31,074 nucleotides of DNA. Origin: Histomonas meleagridis 2922-C6/04-290x (taxonomy: Eukaryota; Protista; Parabasalia). Below are positions 11,901 to 21,677 of this stretch, piece by piece. Every line of letters begins with the position of its first letter. Positions within the stretch are counted from its first letter, which is position 1. The translations under genes were made by a program, and so were the position numbers. The stretch lies in NCBI GenBank assembly GCA_020184695.1, contig JAANOX010000174.1, forward strand, positions 1-31,074, given 5' to 3'. A model generated the notes under the pieces. It was not told the origin of the DNA. It did not search any database and worked only from the letters and a program-made list of their open reading frames with translations.

Positions 11901-13788
11901 AATTTGATAATGTTTTAATTAATAATGATATTAATAAATGTGAAGTTTTTAATGAACGTATATAACTTATTGTATTTAATAATAAATTTAATGTATGTGC
12001 ATTCATTTCAGAATCAAATAACTTATGAAATAAATCATCAACAAATATTAAATCACCATAAAATTGATCAATTATTTCTGTGTCTTCTAATAATTGAGAA
12101 ATGAAATAATAAAATCGTTTTTGTGCTGTAGAATTCCCATATATTAAATTACTATAATAAGTGAATTTCTTTATAAATGAATTCATTGGAAAACATTCGA
12201 TGAATTTTTTGCGATTTTCTTTTAATAACATAATTAAAACAGAAATAATTTCATCACAAATTATTACATCATTAAAAATCGATGCCAATTTCTCAAACAA
12301 ATTTTTTACATTAAAATTATTTAACTTAAATAATTTCATTATTAAAAAATATAATTCAGCTCGTGCTAAATATTGTAATTCAAGTTCTTCACCATTTTCA
12401 TCAATTATTAAAATTGTTGGATGGAAAAAAGGAGTGAAATCCAATGAATCAGTAATTGTTACATCTGCAATAGAAAAAGCTAATCCTGTTATATAAATAA
12501 TTTGTATAATTTCTTCTTTAGTTTTATTTTCATCATTTAATAAACTTAATGCATAATTTAACATTAGTACATTAAACTCTTCTTTGTTTATAACATTTAA
12601 TAAATTACAAAATAAACCAATACTTGAAGAAACATATTGATTAATTTGTGTGTTAGAAGTTAAATCAATTAATGATGGATTTTCATCATATAAAAATGGA
12701 TCTCTTTCAATGAAATTATAATCAAATTCATTATCCTCTTCAAGTGAAATAAATCGACTTTTTATATTATCAATTTCATGTTTATATGTTTGAGATGTGA
12801 AAAATTTCTTTATACACCATAATGGATATAAAAAAACTGAAGTACAAATTTGATTCATAATAAAAATCGAATAAAAGTTCTTGTTTTTATCCCATATAAT
12901 TAAGCGCTCAAATGATAATAATATATTCGAACATAATAAATTTAATATTTTGATGTCACATGGAATTTGTTCAATGCTTAATAAAATTGTTAAACAATTA
13001 TGTAAGAAATGTGACACCATATCATTCTGAAAGATTTGTAATAAGCCATACCCTGAGATTAAAATTTCTTCTAAAACTGATATAATATAATTATATTCAT
13101 TTTGATTTAACGTTGTAATGTGTTTTGTTAAATAATCAAAGTAACAAACGGTCATCCGAAATAATGACTTACGAATTGTTGGATCTTCATGGATACAAAA
13201 CTTGGTACAGATTAAGACACCAATTGGAATGTTAAAATTTTGAAGTTTTGGATGGTCAAAAATTGTTGTGTCAAATTTAGAATATGGAATACGACTAATA
13301 AAATCATTAAATAGAATAGAAAGATCTGGGTTTAGAATCTCTAAAGAAAGCTTTAAGATGTTTAAGTTTAGGTTTACATCTAATTTATGCGTTTCATCGA
13401 GATTATCAATGTTATTAATGAAAAGTCGAAATTTAACAGTATATTGCATAAAAATTCGAACAAAATATGGAACTATGAACTTAGAAACTTTAACTTGCTT
13501 ATGGAAAAAATTTTTGTTTTCGATTAAGAATTTGATGAAATCAAGTTGTGCACTTCCAAATTCAGTGTTTAATTTAAACGCATCTATTAAAAATTCTTCA
13601 TTGCTTGTTTCATTTCTAGGTATTTTAGTTTTAGCAATTACAGTTCTTTCAGCATAAAGTTTTTGACAAATTTGAACAAATTGAGGATCCATACCTGATG
13701 AATTTATCCAAGAATCACTTTCTCTTCCAGTAAAATATTTTATATAAAGCTTAGGAATTGGATTCTCATTTTTTTCTCTTCGCTTCAT
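8947..13788 (-). CDS. Large (1613 aa) helical-repeat protein with a central ConA/LamG-like beta region, resembling the N-terminal part of Beige/BEACH proteins
   Basis: Uninterrupted 4.8-kb ORF in very AT-rich DNA. Segment YTITISFCID..LFEFYSD..ILPQKWYYLALSV..LNGMICSIYIF resembles the neurobeachin-type ConA-like domain. No BEACH or WD40 motifs seen. The CDS is secure; the family call is tentative. Confidence 0.75.
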   Translation of the reverse strand: MKRREKNENPIPKLYIKYFTGRESDSWINSSGMDPQFVQICQKLYAERTVIAKTKIPRNETSNEEFLIDAFKLNTEFGSAQLDFIKFLIENKNFFHKQVKVSKFIVPYFVRIFMQYTVKFRLFINNIDNLDETHKLDVNLNLNILKLSLEILNPDLSILFNDFISRIPYSKFDTTIFDHPKLQNFNIPIGVLICTKFCIHEDPTIRKSLFRMTVCYFDYLTKHITTLNQNEYNYIISVLEEILISGYGLLQIFQNDMVSHFLHNCLTILLSIEQIPCDIKILNLLCSNILLSFERLIIWDKNKNFYSIFIMNQICTSVFLYPLWCIKKFFTSQTYKHEIDNIKSRFISLEEDNEFDYNFIERDPFLYDENPSLIDLTSNTQINQYVSSSIGLFCNLLNVINKEEFNVLMLNYALSLLNDENKTKEEIIQIIYITGLAFSIADVTITDSLDFTPFFHPTILIIDENGEELELQYLARAELYFLIMKLFKLNNFNVKNLFEKLASIFNDVIICDEIISVLIMLLKENRKKFIECFPMNSFIKKFTYYSNLIYGNSTAQKRFYYFISQLLEDTEIIDQFYGDLIFVDDLFHKLFDSEMNAHTLNLLLNTISYIRSLKTSHLLISLLIKTLSNFKSGNPKWIKVTKQLQLIFDEIIDNKNVDINNLLLNSNHIDKLLEILKDPQKEDIVFSVIHMIGTISTFPEIQKKLISINFYQTNFESYENIKITPDLIRSITYLIFNREILINYDDLPSAHHLITNCEGICAAHYITRKDKFHKILYKYLTNSIKELFENQLSIYHSQFYHFAYQYIIGNNLSSITSSFISILSPMLQWNFPSFIFDELLESQSNEQVQMILTNVVTRESYEFPKAFIFLSKENSGITVTGISTTLLNNRYTITISFCIDSFVHSQQCLFEFYSDNNHRFILKVNNGILQIIINNQIITESKEKILPQKWYYLALSVANKRLILAIGGVKYLEANISLEFPKDQPINTIFGSNLNGMICSIYIFRHNILGQDLLAISCIEARLTLSMNFGDEAQLEFKMIPLEHNDQYLTNMATQSTNNNVIHVKGYICSSAINVFQTLVEQSGLLKLIEHVKNPNSFIFVFDLFKKIIKIQPKFEKKIFTTNSMNFYVNTMRNIDPKAYDKSIIEPMLELFNILQGEQYKSVFLIDFILKLSFWRKVNYELYQCLINNYGYNIITSGIQYVTESLTKEILGLIPNEIKSNRNILWTLFRISFTQTSNENLINDLINFIKVNNDELIIELGFTLFCQPEADIIIELLGKHLNELFYIFFVKTNEPKNFDFCKNDFTCIIFKHVKSKFISLADNYIFHLTILLLCTQFFDDEFLIEFLYDLKSKSNILINNRFCLPWCIFLIFKYPNNVIIYDFLVYIFSSNLNWFNKFLWFFKFASYKFGVNPSKFIRKFFNSVYETISDEINTYKFFQILFDNIFVCVNDIPENLVENVHLITFQELMDAFKHTKMFSFGISTDVVNEFYDISLKVMKLILKTSNIESESSLIIYFVLNLILYNPYNMKIPISVLQHISFNESYMRFIEEFLNKKQMSKSFLLFFPQIRSNKPVEYKYEIQEILKKSIASVENLYKSFQDMLEINSNTDFKC

Positions 13789-13916
13789 TAGAATTGGGGT
13801 ACCCCTTTAACCTATAAAATAAAAAGAAAAATCATCGTAGTTAGAAATGTGATATGAAAAAGAAAAAAAATAAACTACAGAAAAAATAAAAAAATTGAAA
13901 ATGGTCTTTTGCTTAT

Positions 13917-14630
13917 TTACTGGCCTTGTTCATCACCCCATAAAGCAACATTGTCTTTAAGGAGTTGGAGAATAAGTGTGGCTTCTGAATATTCATCTTC
14001 GTCAAGTTCATCAAGAAGATCAACTGCTTCTTTGAAAGCATTGTCTGCAAGATCAATAGCTTCTTGCTTCTTGCCGATGATTTCATATAAGAAAACCGAG
14101 TAGTTGAGAGCCAACCCAAGATAAGCTGGATTAGCTTTCATTAATTGTTCCTTTGCAATATCAAGAGCCTTTTCATAGCACTCCTTTGCCTTTTTGGAAT
14201 TTTCTTCGCAACCTCCTTCTTTGAATTCAACAGAATAACGGTAATAATCGCCCTTCAATTTTTCATAAAATACTTTTTCAACTGCTGATTGGGAATCTTT
14301 CAAGAGTTTGCTATCGGTGAACTCGATTAATTCATTGCAGTATTGATCAAGTTCTTTTATAAGTGATTCTTTAAGTTCTGTTAGTTTTTGAACTCTTTCT
14401 GGAATCTTTTTAACACTGTCATCTTCAAGAAATGCTCCAATAGTACGGAGGGTACTTCTGCATGATCCAGTGAGAGCCTTATAAGCGACAGAAAGAAGAT
14501 TTCTTTCATCTGCATTTAAATCACATCCCATGTCAACAATTTCTTTGATATACTTGATAACATCCTGATAGCGTTCTGCTTGGTCAGCAACACGGGCCAT
14601 GAAGAATTTCAGCTCTCTCTGGGATGACAT
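13917..14630 (-). CDS. 14-3-3 protein
   Basis: ERNLLSVAYK, KLKGDYYRY, LGLALNYSVFLYEI and ILQLLKDNVALW; phosphopeptide-binding K/R/R/Y residues retained. Confidence 0.97.
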   Translation of the reverse strand: MSSQRELKFFMARVADQAERYQDVIKYIKEIVDMGCDLNADERNLLSVAYKALTGSCRSTLRTIGAFLEDDSVKKIPERVQKLTELKESLIKELDQYCNELIEFTDSKLLKDSQSAVEKVFYEKLKGDYYRYSVEFKEGGCEENSKKAKECYEKALDIAKEQLMKANPAYLGLALNYSVFLYEIIGKKQEAIDLADNAFKEAVDLLDELDEDEYSEATLILQLLKDNVALWGDEQGQ

Positions 14631-14903
14631 TGAGGAAAGTGTGGTTGTAATTTGCTGTCAATTTTGATAAAAATTATTGCGGTTTTTGGAAGGTTTTTGT
14701 GTGATTGAAATAACGTCTTTGGGTTTTATCATCACTTGTCTTATGTTCCTACATTAAACTCTTTAAAATACAAGAGATTTAGCATATCTATAAGAAGGAA
14801 AAGAATAACTTGATGTTTGGTTGAGAAAAAAAATTTAATTTGCATTTATTAGAATTCACAAAAAAAAGCAAAATAGACCCTAAAAGAAAGTCAGCAATGT
14901 GAT

Positions 14904-15317
14904 TTACTTGCCGAATACAAGTTCAAGTTCACGAGCAGCAGATGCTGGTGAATCAGAACCATGACAAAGGTTTTCTGTGGTGCTACGAGCATAAAGGGCA
15001 CGAAGTGAGTTTGGTGCTTGTTCGACAGCAACTTCTTTCTTTGTAGGGCCGATGATTTCACGCCATTTGGCAATTGCATTTGGACCAACAAGTTCCATAG
15101 CAACGATTGTTCCGGATGTCATGTAGCCTGCAAGGTCTTTATAGAAAGGTTTGCCGACATGTTCAGCATAGAATTTAGCAGCGAATTCATCATCGAATTT
15201 CATTGTCTTCATTTGGGCAATCTTAAGACCTTCCTCGGTAATGCGTGTGATAACCTTACCCCAGTATTCTTCATATCCTGGCTTGATCATAGCATAGGTG
15301 TGTTGCTCTTCTGCCAT
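14904..15317 (-). CDS. ndk: Nucleoside diphosphate kinase
   Basis: TYAMIKP, FYAEH, WREIIGPT, SLRA and active-site NLCHGSDS. Confidence 0.97.
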   Translation of the reverse strand: MAEEQHTYAMIKPGYEEYWGKVITRITEEGLKIAQMKTMKFDDEFAAKFYAEHVGKPFYKDLAGYMTSGTIVAMELVGPNAIAKWREIIGPTKKEVAVEQAPNSLRALYARSTTENLCHGSDSPASAARELELVFGK

Positions 15318-15775
15318 TTTCAGAGTGTCACTTTTATGATTATGTGACGGTTATCTCATCAACATCATTCAATTTCCAACCTTCCGTTGCGGTCATTTCA
15401 CCTTTGACTGAAGGCAATTGCTATAACAACTTGTAAAAATTTATTTACAAAAATTCATTTAATATATCCATTATAATAAAATTTTATTATCATCTATTTT
15501 TTGGTTAAGTTGGAGTAGTGTATAATCAAACAAAATTTATGTATTAGCATATTAAACGTCAATGACTTTATAATTTTTTTCTCTTTAAACAAGCAATAGC
15601 CATAAATTTAATAAATTTTAAATTAAAGATAAATAAACATCTTTGTGTAATTTATTTATATTCGCTTTCTAATTATAACTTTTTGATATGATTTTTCATA
15701 ATACTCCAAGTTTTATGAAGGAAATTATAATTATAAAAAAAAAAAAGCAATGATGATTATTATTGATGTGTAGGA

Positions 15776-17305
15776 TTATTCAAAAAAGTTAGTATGCTTA
15801 AATTCTATTAAAGAGAAATTTCCTCTGGAAGCTGCTTTATCCTTTCTGAAACATGCAGGTATATATAAAGCATCTCTTCTAAAATGATTATATATTTGGT
15901 ACATAAAATGTGATGATTTTTGATGGCCTTTAGCCTTTTTCATTTGTGGATCACTTTCATGATTTAATCCATCATTTCCAAACATTTTAAATTTTAAAGA
16001 TTTAGAAATCAGCTTTGTTCCACATAAAACATGAGAAGACATTGATAAATACATATCTTCACCATGAGCAAATGTAATAGCTTGAACTCTAGCAGAAATT
16101 TTAGCATTTATAGGTCTATACATCATAGGTGATGCAACATGATCAGGTTTTCCACAAAAAGGAATGAAAATAGAAGTATTCCATTTAATTCTTGTATCTT
16201 CATAAGAATGTAACCCAATAATAACATCATCTTTATCTAAAAAATTTGAAAGAATTTTTTGTGTTTGAATACCAATTGGATATTGATCATCATCATAACG
16301 CATAATAAAATCAGCTGGCAACATACCTGAAATATAAACAGGAAACATAAATAAAGGCTTCCAATTATAACACCATATATGATATATTGGTACACGGTAA
16401 TTTATGTTTATCTTTAGTTGTTCTAAATTAAGATTAAATCGATTTTCACATTGAACTATTACATAATAATTTGTTTTATATAATTCTTTTTCATATATTT
16501 TAATATACTCATAAATATTTTGTCTTAAAAAAAGAGGCAATATGGTTGCAAGTGTATAATTTTTTTCTTTTTTTATATGAGCACAATGTTGATGTATAAG
16601 ATTTTCTATTTTATGAATATAATTATAATTTTGTAATGGTTTCATTCCTTCAAAAATATTATAAAGTATATGAATTTGGTTGTTAGGCATTAATGAAAAC
16701 AAAAGTAATGGCGGTGTTGAAGAATAAGTGGAATTAGTATAATAAAGAATTTCTCGAACTAGTGAAGCTTTAATTATAGCAACACCAATACCAACTGTTT
16801 TATTTTGAAATATGGTAGAACCACCAAAAAGAATATCAGAATCATTTACACAAAGATTATTGATTGATGATTCAATCCAAGCATTATTTGGCATGTAGTT
16901 AACATTTGAACTATTGATATATAAAATATAATCAGGCATTTTTAAAGAATATACGGCATTTTGAAGAGCAAGATAACCTGTGTCTGGATACGTAGTAAAA
17001 GTTATATTGTATGTATGATTAATTAAAAGTAACGATTTATTTCTTATAATTGCAAAGGATGATAAAGTTTGAATATATTTTAAATCATCATATAGATTTA
17101 AAGATATTTCATCATTGAGATCAATCCCTACCGAAATTGTGATTCTAGAATAAAGATTACCAGAAAATAGCATGGGTTTATATTCAATTGTAAACATATA
17201 ATAAAACAAAAGTATTATAAATAAAACAGTAAAAACATTACTAAGATGATAAAAAATACCGAGTTTAGTTGGTATTTTTGTAATAGGATCTTGTGTTTTC
17301 TGCAA
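15776..17305 (-). CDS. Putative type II membrane glycosyltransferase-like protein (5' end uncertain)
   Basis: 509-aa frame with an N-terminal hydrophobic segment (VFTVLFIILLFYYMF) and a GT-A-like DFIMRYDDD motif. The track start is TTG and the true start is unresolved. Confidence 0.6.
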   Translation of the reverse strand: MQKTQDPITKIPTKLGIFYHLSNVFTVLFIILLFYYMFTIEYKPMLFSGNLYSRITISVGIDLNDEISLNLYDDLKYIQTLSSFAIIRNKSLLLINHTYNITFTTYPDTGYLALQNAVYSLKMPDYILYINSSNVNYMPNNAWIESSINNLCVNDSDILFGGSTIFQNKTVGIGVAIIKASLVREILYYTNSTYSSTPPLLLFSLMPNNQIHILYNIFEGMKPLQNYNYIHKIENLIHQHCAHIKKEKNYTLATILPLFLRQNIYEYIKIYEKELYKTNYYVIVQCENRFNLNLEQLKININYRVPIYHIWCYNWKPLFMFPVYISGMLPADFIMRYDDDQYPIGIQTQKILSNFLDKDDVIIGLHSYEDTRIKWNTSIFIPFCGKPDHVASPMMYRPINAKISARVQAITFAHGEDMYLSMSSHVLCGTKLISKSLKFKMFGNDGLNHESDPQMKKAKGHQKSSHFMYQIYNHFRRDALYIPACFRKDKAASRGNFSLIEFKHTNFFE

Positions 17306-18046
17306 TATTTGTAAAAGGTGAGGTAATTAAAACTGTAGCACTGAGTCAAAAAGCCATAGGATTTGAAAGCAAAACCACTTTTTTATATCAAAAAGTTTAG
17401 TGTAACAAGGTTTTAGCAAAGTTCGGATCAGAATTTTTGGTTGCCTCGAAGAATAATGAACAGATTGAATACTTATCGTATTTTTATAACGACGGTTTGA
17501 TTTTTGTGTTGAAATTGATCGTCTTGGATTGAGATTTGTATTCAAAAAACGCTGCGATGTGGACTCTATTTTATAAAATTCCTTCCATGTGAAAAAAATA
17601 GAGTAGTTCGGCAGAAGGCCTTCAGCCTATTTTGCTGAACCCATCAAAATTGTACATAAGGTACTCACCATCCTATAAAAAATTCCGATGATTACTCACC
17701 GCAATTTTTTTCTGAAATAAAAAACCATGTCTTATGATTTGATAATATTTAATAAGAAATGTCAACAGGGATATGAATACGAATTATGAGAGAATAATTA
17801 TTCATATTAGTCAAGATGAAATCGATAATGATAAAGCTTTCAGATGAAATACTTTTCATCATCATATAATAAAAAACGGTATAAATACATTCCCCTTAAA
17901 AACTCTCTGATAATTAAAATATTTTGAAACATATTCGCTGGTGAATTAACCCTGTTTTGATAACATAAAAATTTATGCTTAATTGTTCTCAAAAAGAAAT
18001 ACTATTTCACAAATGTAATGCTTTATGAAACTTATAGGCAATTGAA

Positions 18047-18664
18047 TCAAGTTTTGGAAACTTGCTTATCCGCTTGGTCATCATCTGAGTACATATCATC
18101 TTCATCATCATCAGTTGATTCTTCTCCAATAATAAGAACCCTTAATGTTGGATGTGATTTCTTTCCAGCCAAATGTTGCAGCCAAGCCGGTCGATTTTGT
18201 GACAATTCGAATGTTGCTTTGAAATTGTTTACAAACTCTTCTTCGCAACTTTCTGGAGAATCTACAAATTGATTAAATTCATTGAGTGTTGCATTGATGC
18301 TCCACATTTGAAGTTTACGGAGACACATTATAACAAGTCCTGTATTATGAGCACCATTTGTTGAATGTATATATAAAGGAAAATTCTGTTTATCACACAT
18401 AATGTTAATTATTTCAGTAATTGTTGTTGAGGTCATAACAATTTGATCTGTAAATTTAGGAACAATGTAAGTATGATTTGTAATATTTTCATCTTCACAG
18501 AATTTTTTGAGATCTGGATCTATAGGATTTGGAATAAGAGAAACAATTGTCTTTAAATGTAATGTCCTTAAGAAATCGAAATTGAGGGCAACAGGGTATG
18601 ATCCTCTAAATAAGTCTTTTTCAACATATGCAAAACGAAAAGGGGGAATTAATCTTGGTTTCAT
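18047..18664 (-). CDS. Siw14/OCA-family (OCA6-like) tyrosine-phosphatase-fold protein, catalytically degenerate
   Basis: LIPPFRFAYVEKDLFRGSYP..NFDFLRTLHLKTIVSL and FPLYIHSTNGAHNTGLVIMCLRKLQMW, with an acidic tail. First in-frame ATG is at 18664; an ATG at 18699 would be in frame if one base is missing. Confidence 0.85.
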   Translation of the reverse strand: MKPRLIPPFRFAYVEKDLFRGSYPVALNFDFLRTLHLKTIVSLIPNPIDPDLKKFCEDENITNHTYIVPKFTDQIVMTSTTITEIINIMCDKQNFPLYIHSTNGAHNTGLVIMCLRKLQMWSINATLNEFNQFVDSPESCEEEFVNNFKATFELSQNRPAWLQHLAGKKSHPTLRVLIIGEESTDDDEDDMYSDDDQADKQVSKT

Positions 18665-19122
18665 TCCAATGTTACCTGAAAACACTCAGAAGCTGTCATT
18701 TTTTTTGTGAGGTTTTAATTATGCCAAACGGAAATTTTCTTATTTCAAGAATCGAATTATTTTCATTATCAAAACTCAGGTCTCATGATGCGTTAATCAA
18801 TCGTAAAGAGTATTATATGTTTAGAGTATTAAATTTTTTTTAAAAAATAAATTATCTTTAGAACATATTGACAATAAAATCATTTTTGATACATAATTTT
18901 AATTTCATCCAATATTTCGTATTAATTTTTTAATTTATCAAGAAATGAATCAATTTAATTTTTATTCAACCCTCAAACCGTTGAAATAGTGTACAACAAC
19001 CGTTGGTTATCCTTCACAAATTTCACAGAAACCATTTTCTTGTTTTGCTTTTTGAATGCGGGGGTGCACCAAAATGACAATCGAAAAATGTGAAATTTGT
19101 CCGCTCATTCAAAAAATGGATT

Positions 19123-19133
19123 TCATTTCACTT
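19123..19133 (+). promoter_or_regulatory. Parabasalid-type initiator (Inr) motifs upstream of actin
   Basis: Overlapping TCATTT and TCACTT within 20 nt of the actin ATG, matching the trichomonad Inr consensus TCA(C/T)(T/A). Confidence 0.6.
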
Positions 19134-19140
19134 TCATCTA

Positions 19141-20259
19141 ATGGCTGAAGACGAAGTTCAAACATTAGTTATCGATAATGGTTCTGGTATGTGCAAGGCT
19201 GGTTTCGCTGGTGATGAAGCACCACGCTCAGTTTTCCCATCAATTGTTGGTCGTCCAAAGTATGTCCAAACAATCGCCGGTGGTCAAAACAAGGATACAT
19301 ATGTTGGTGATGAAGCATGCGCTAAGGCAGGTATCCTCATCCTCAAGTACCCAATTGAACACGGTATCGTTACCAACTGGGACGATATGGAAAAGATCTG
19401 GCACCACACTTTCTACAACGAATTACGTGTTGACACAGCTGAATACCCAGTTCTTCTTACAGACGCCCCAATGAACCCAAAGGCCAACCGTGAAAAAGAT
19501 TCGAAACATTCAACGTTCCAGCATTCTATGTTGGTATCCAAGCCGTTCTTTCCCTTTACTCATCAGGTCGTACAACCGGTATCGTTTTCGATGCAGGTGA
19601 TGGTGTTTCCCACACAGTTCCAATCTACGAAGGCTACTCCCTTCCACACGCCATCATGCGTATCAACCTCGCCGGTCGTGATCTCACAGCCTACCTCCAA
19701 AAGATCCTTAACGAACGTGGTTACACCTTCACAACATCCGCCGAAAAGGAAATTGTTCGTGATATCAAGGAGAAGCACGCATATGTCGCTCTTGATTTCG
19801 ATGAAGAAATGAACAAGGCCGCCACAACATCCGAATGCGACATCTCATACACACTTCCAGATGGTAACGTCATCACCATCGCCAACGAGCGCTTCAGGTG
19901 CCCAGAACTTCTTTTCAAGCCACACTTCAACGGCTTCGAATTCGAAGGTATTGACCAAAACCCTCTTCAACTCCATCATGGCATGCGATATCGATGTCCG
20001 TAAGGATCTCTACGCTAACATTGTTCTCTCTGGTGGTACCACAATGTTCGAAGGTCTCCCAGAACGTATGGAGAAGGAAATGGTCCGCCTCGCACCACCA
20101 ACAATGAAGATCAAAGTCGTCGCCCCACCAGAACGTAAGTACGCAGTTTGGATCGGTGGCTCTATCCTTGCTTCCCTCGCCACATTCCCACAAATGGTTA
20201 TCACACGTGACGAATACAACGAAGCTGGTCCAGGAATTGTCCACCGCAAGTGCTTCTAA
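19141..20259 (+). CDS. act: Actin, with two frame disruptions in this sequence (sequencing error or pseudogene)
   Basis: [21 protein letters not shown]...IVHRKCF with strong C-ending codon bias. About 13 nt net are missing at ~19500 (after REK, before FETF), and there is a +1 base in the A-run at ~19957-19960. Confidence 0.93.
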
Positions 20260-20552
20260 ACATGCATTGATATGCTTTACTTGAATTTTTATGAGTTCTC
20301 CAATTATTGGACAGATTTAAAGTTTTAATGAATTTGTTTGTTTTCTTCTTTTATCTGATTTAGACACAGTTTTGAGATTGCGTAAAATAAAATTTCTAAA
20401 GTTTTTGCTTTGGCACATGGACATTTTTGATGAGATCGGAATGAGAATGATGTGAAATGTCTCAACAAGAAGAGAAACATTCTGCTGCATCGAAAAGCTT
20501 TGGTTGATAATTGTGTTCAATTTGATCGTTATCGACCACAGCAAAGATTTTA

Positions 20553-21248
20553 ATGTTCTCAAGTAATGTAGCCTTCCCAAAATCATCTTTCCTAAAGATT
20601 CAGGAATCAATATCTGTAATAGCACAAGCACTAAAAAAGTATCAAGGATATATTGGCGTTTGTTTTAATGGAGGAAAAGATTCAGTTGTTCTTTTGGATT
20701 TAATTTCAAGATACAAAATGGCTAATAACATTAACGATCATATTACATATTTTCATTTTCAAAATAACCATGAATTCCCAGAAATGCTAGATTATTTCAA
20801 AGAAGCTGAAAGTTATTGGAAAATAAAAATGTCACACGTTCACTGTAATAGCATCATTGAAGGTCTTTCGAAAGCTATAGAAACACATAGTACAAAAGCT
20901 TTGTTTATTGGTGTTCGTGGAAATGATCCCGAAGGAAAGTCTATCAACTTCTTTCAACACACATCTGAAGGTTGGCCTAGTGCTATACGTATACACCCTC
21001 TTCTAAAATGGAGTTATAATGAAATATGGAACTACATTGAAACATTAAATTTACCTGTTTGCAAACTTTACGAGCGAGGATACACATCAATTGGCTCAAC
21101 ACTGGATACAAGTCCGAATCCGATGCTAAAAGACGGAAAAGGATCATATCTACATGCAAAGTTCTTATCTGATGAAATGTATGAAAGAGCCGGAAGAATC
21201 AAAGGAACACGTGCAAAGCCACCAGCAGTTAATGATTTAAAGCGATGA
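20553..21248 (+). CDS. FAD synthetase (FMN adenylyltransferase, PAPS-reductase fold)
   Basis: FNGGKDSVVLL, FIGVRGNDP, RIHPLLKWSYNEIW, LYERGYTSIG and ERAGR. Confidence 0.92.
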   Translation: MFSSNVAFPKSSFLKIQESISVIAQALKKYQGYIGVCFNGGKDSVVLLDLISRYKMANNINDHITYFHFQNNHEFPEMLDYFKEAESYWKIKMSHVHCNSIIEGLSKAIETHSTKALFIGVRGNDPEGKSINFFQHTSEGWPSAIRIHPLLKWSYNEIWNYIETLNLPVCKLYERGYTSIGSTLDTSPNPMLKDGKGSYLHAKFLSDEMYERAGRIKGTRAKPPAVNDLKR

Positions 21249-21602
21249 ATGTGTACTTTGCAAAAATATTTTATTATTTTTAAATCATAGAAATATAATT
21301 TTATGTATCAACTAAACCTATTTAATATAACTTATTATAAAAGTATAAAAAAATTCAAATATGATATACAATATTTGTTTTAAAAATAATATCAGAAAAT
21401 TGCAAGTGCATTAAGATAAATAAATTTAAAAATCAACATAATTAAAATTTTAATCATAATTTTTAATATATCAAAAAATTCATTGGAATAAAAATGCGTT
21501 ATTAACAAAAAAAATTATTGTTAAAATTCATAAATAAAATGATTTTAAAAAATGATAATTAAAATAATTATTATATAATAATTATTTAAATATCTACAGG
21601 CT

Positions 21603-21676
21603 TCCTCCCTAACTCAGTTGGTTAGAGTGTCAGACTGTTAATCTGGAAGTCGTGTGTTCGAGCCACACGGGAGGAG
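21603..21676 (+). tRNA. tRNA-Asn (anticodon GTT), intact
   Basis: Full cloverleaf: acceptor TCCTCCC/GGGAGGA, D arm ACTC/GAGT, anticodon arm TCAGA-CTGTTAA-TCTGG, T arm GTGTG-TTCGAGC-CACAC, discriminator G. Confidence 0.97.
21663..21676 (+). repeat. Target-site duplication copy 1 (tRNA 3' end, CCACACGGGAGGAG)
   Basis: Exact 14-mer repeated at 24345 and 26971. The following A is also shared, so the repeat is 14-15 nt. Confidence 0.92.
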
Positions 21677-21677
21677 A

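Noticed and set aside
7726-20249. Many short overlapping or antisense ORFs (e.g. 7726-8190, 12161-12496, 13268-13657, 15018-15347, 19927-20244)
   Set aside because: They are shadows of real genes on the opposite strand or in alternate frames and have no motifs.
21654-21677. ORF extension MFEPHGRR through the tRNA
   Set aside because: It is a GTG start inside the tRNA T arm and an ORF-caller artefact; the plausible start is ATG 21678.
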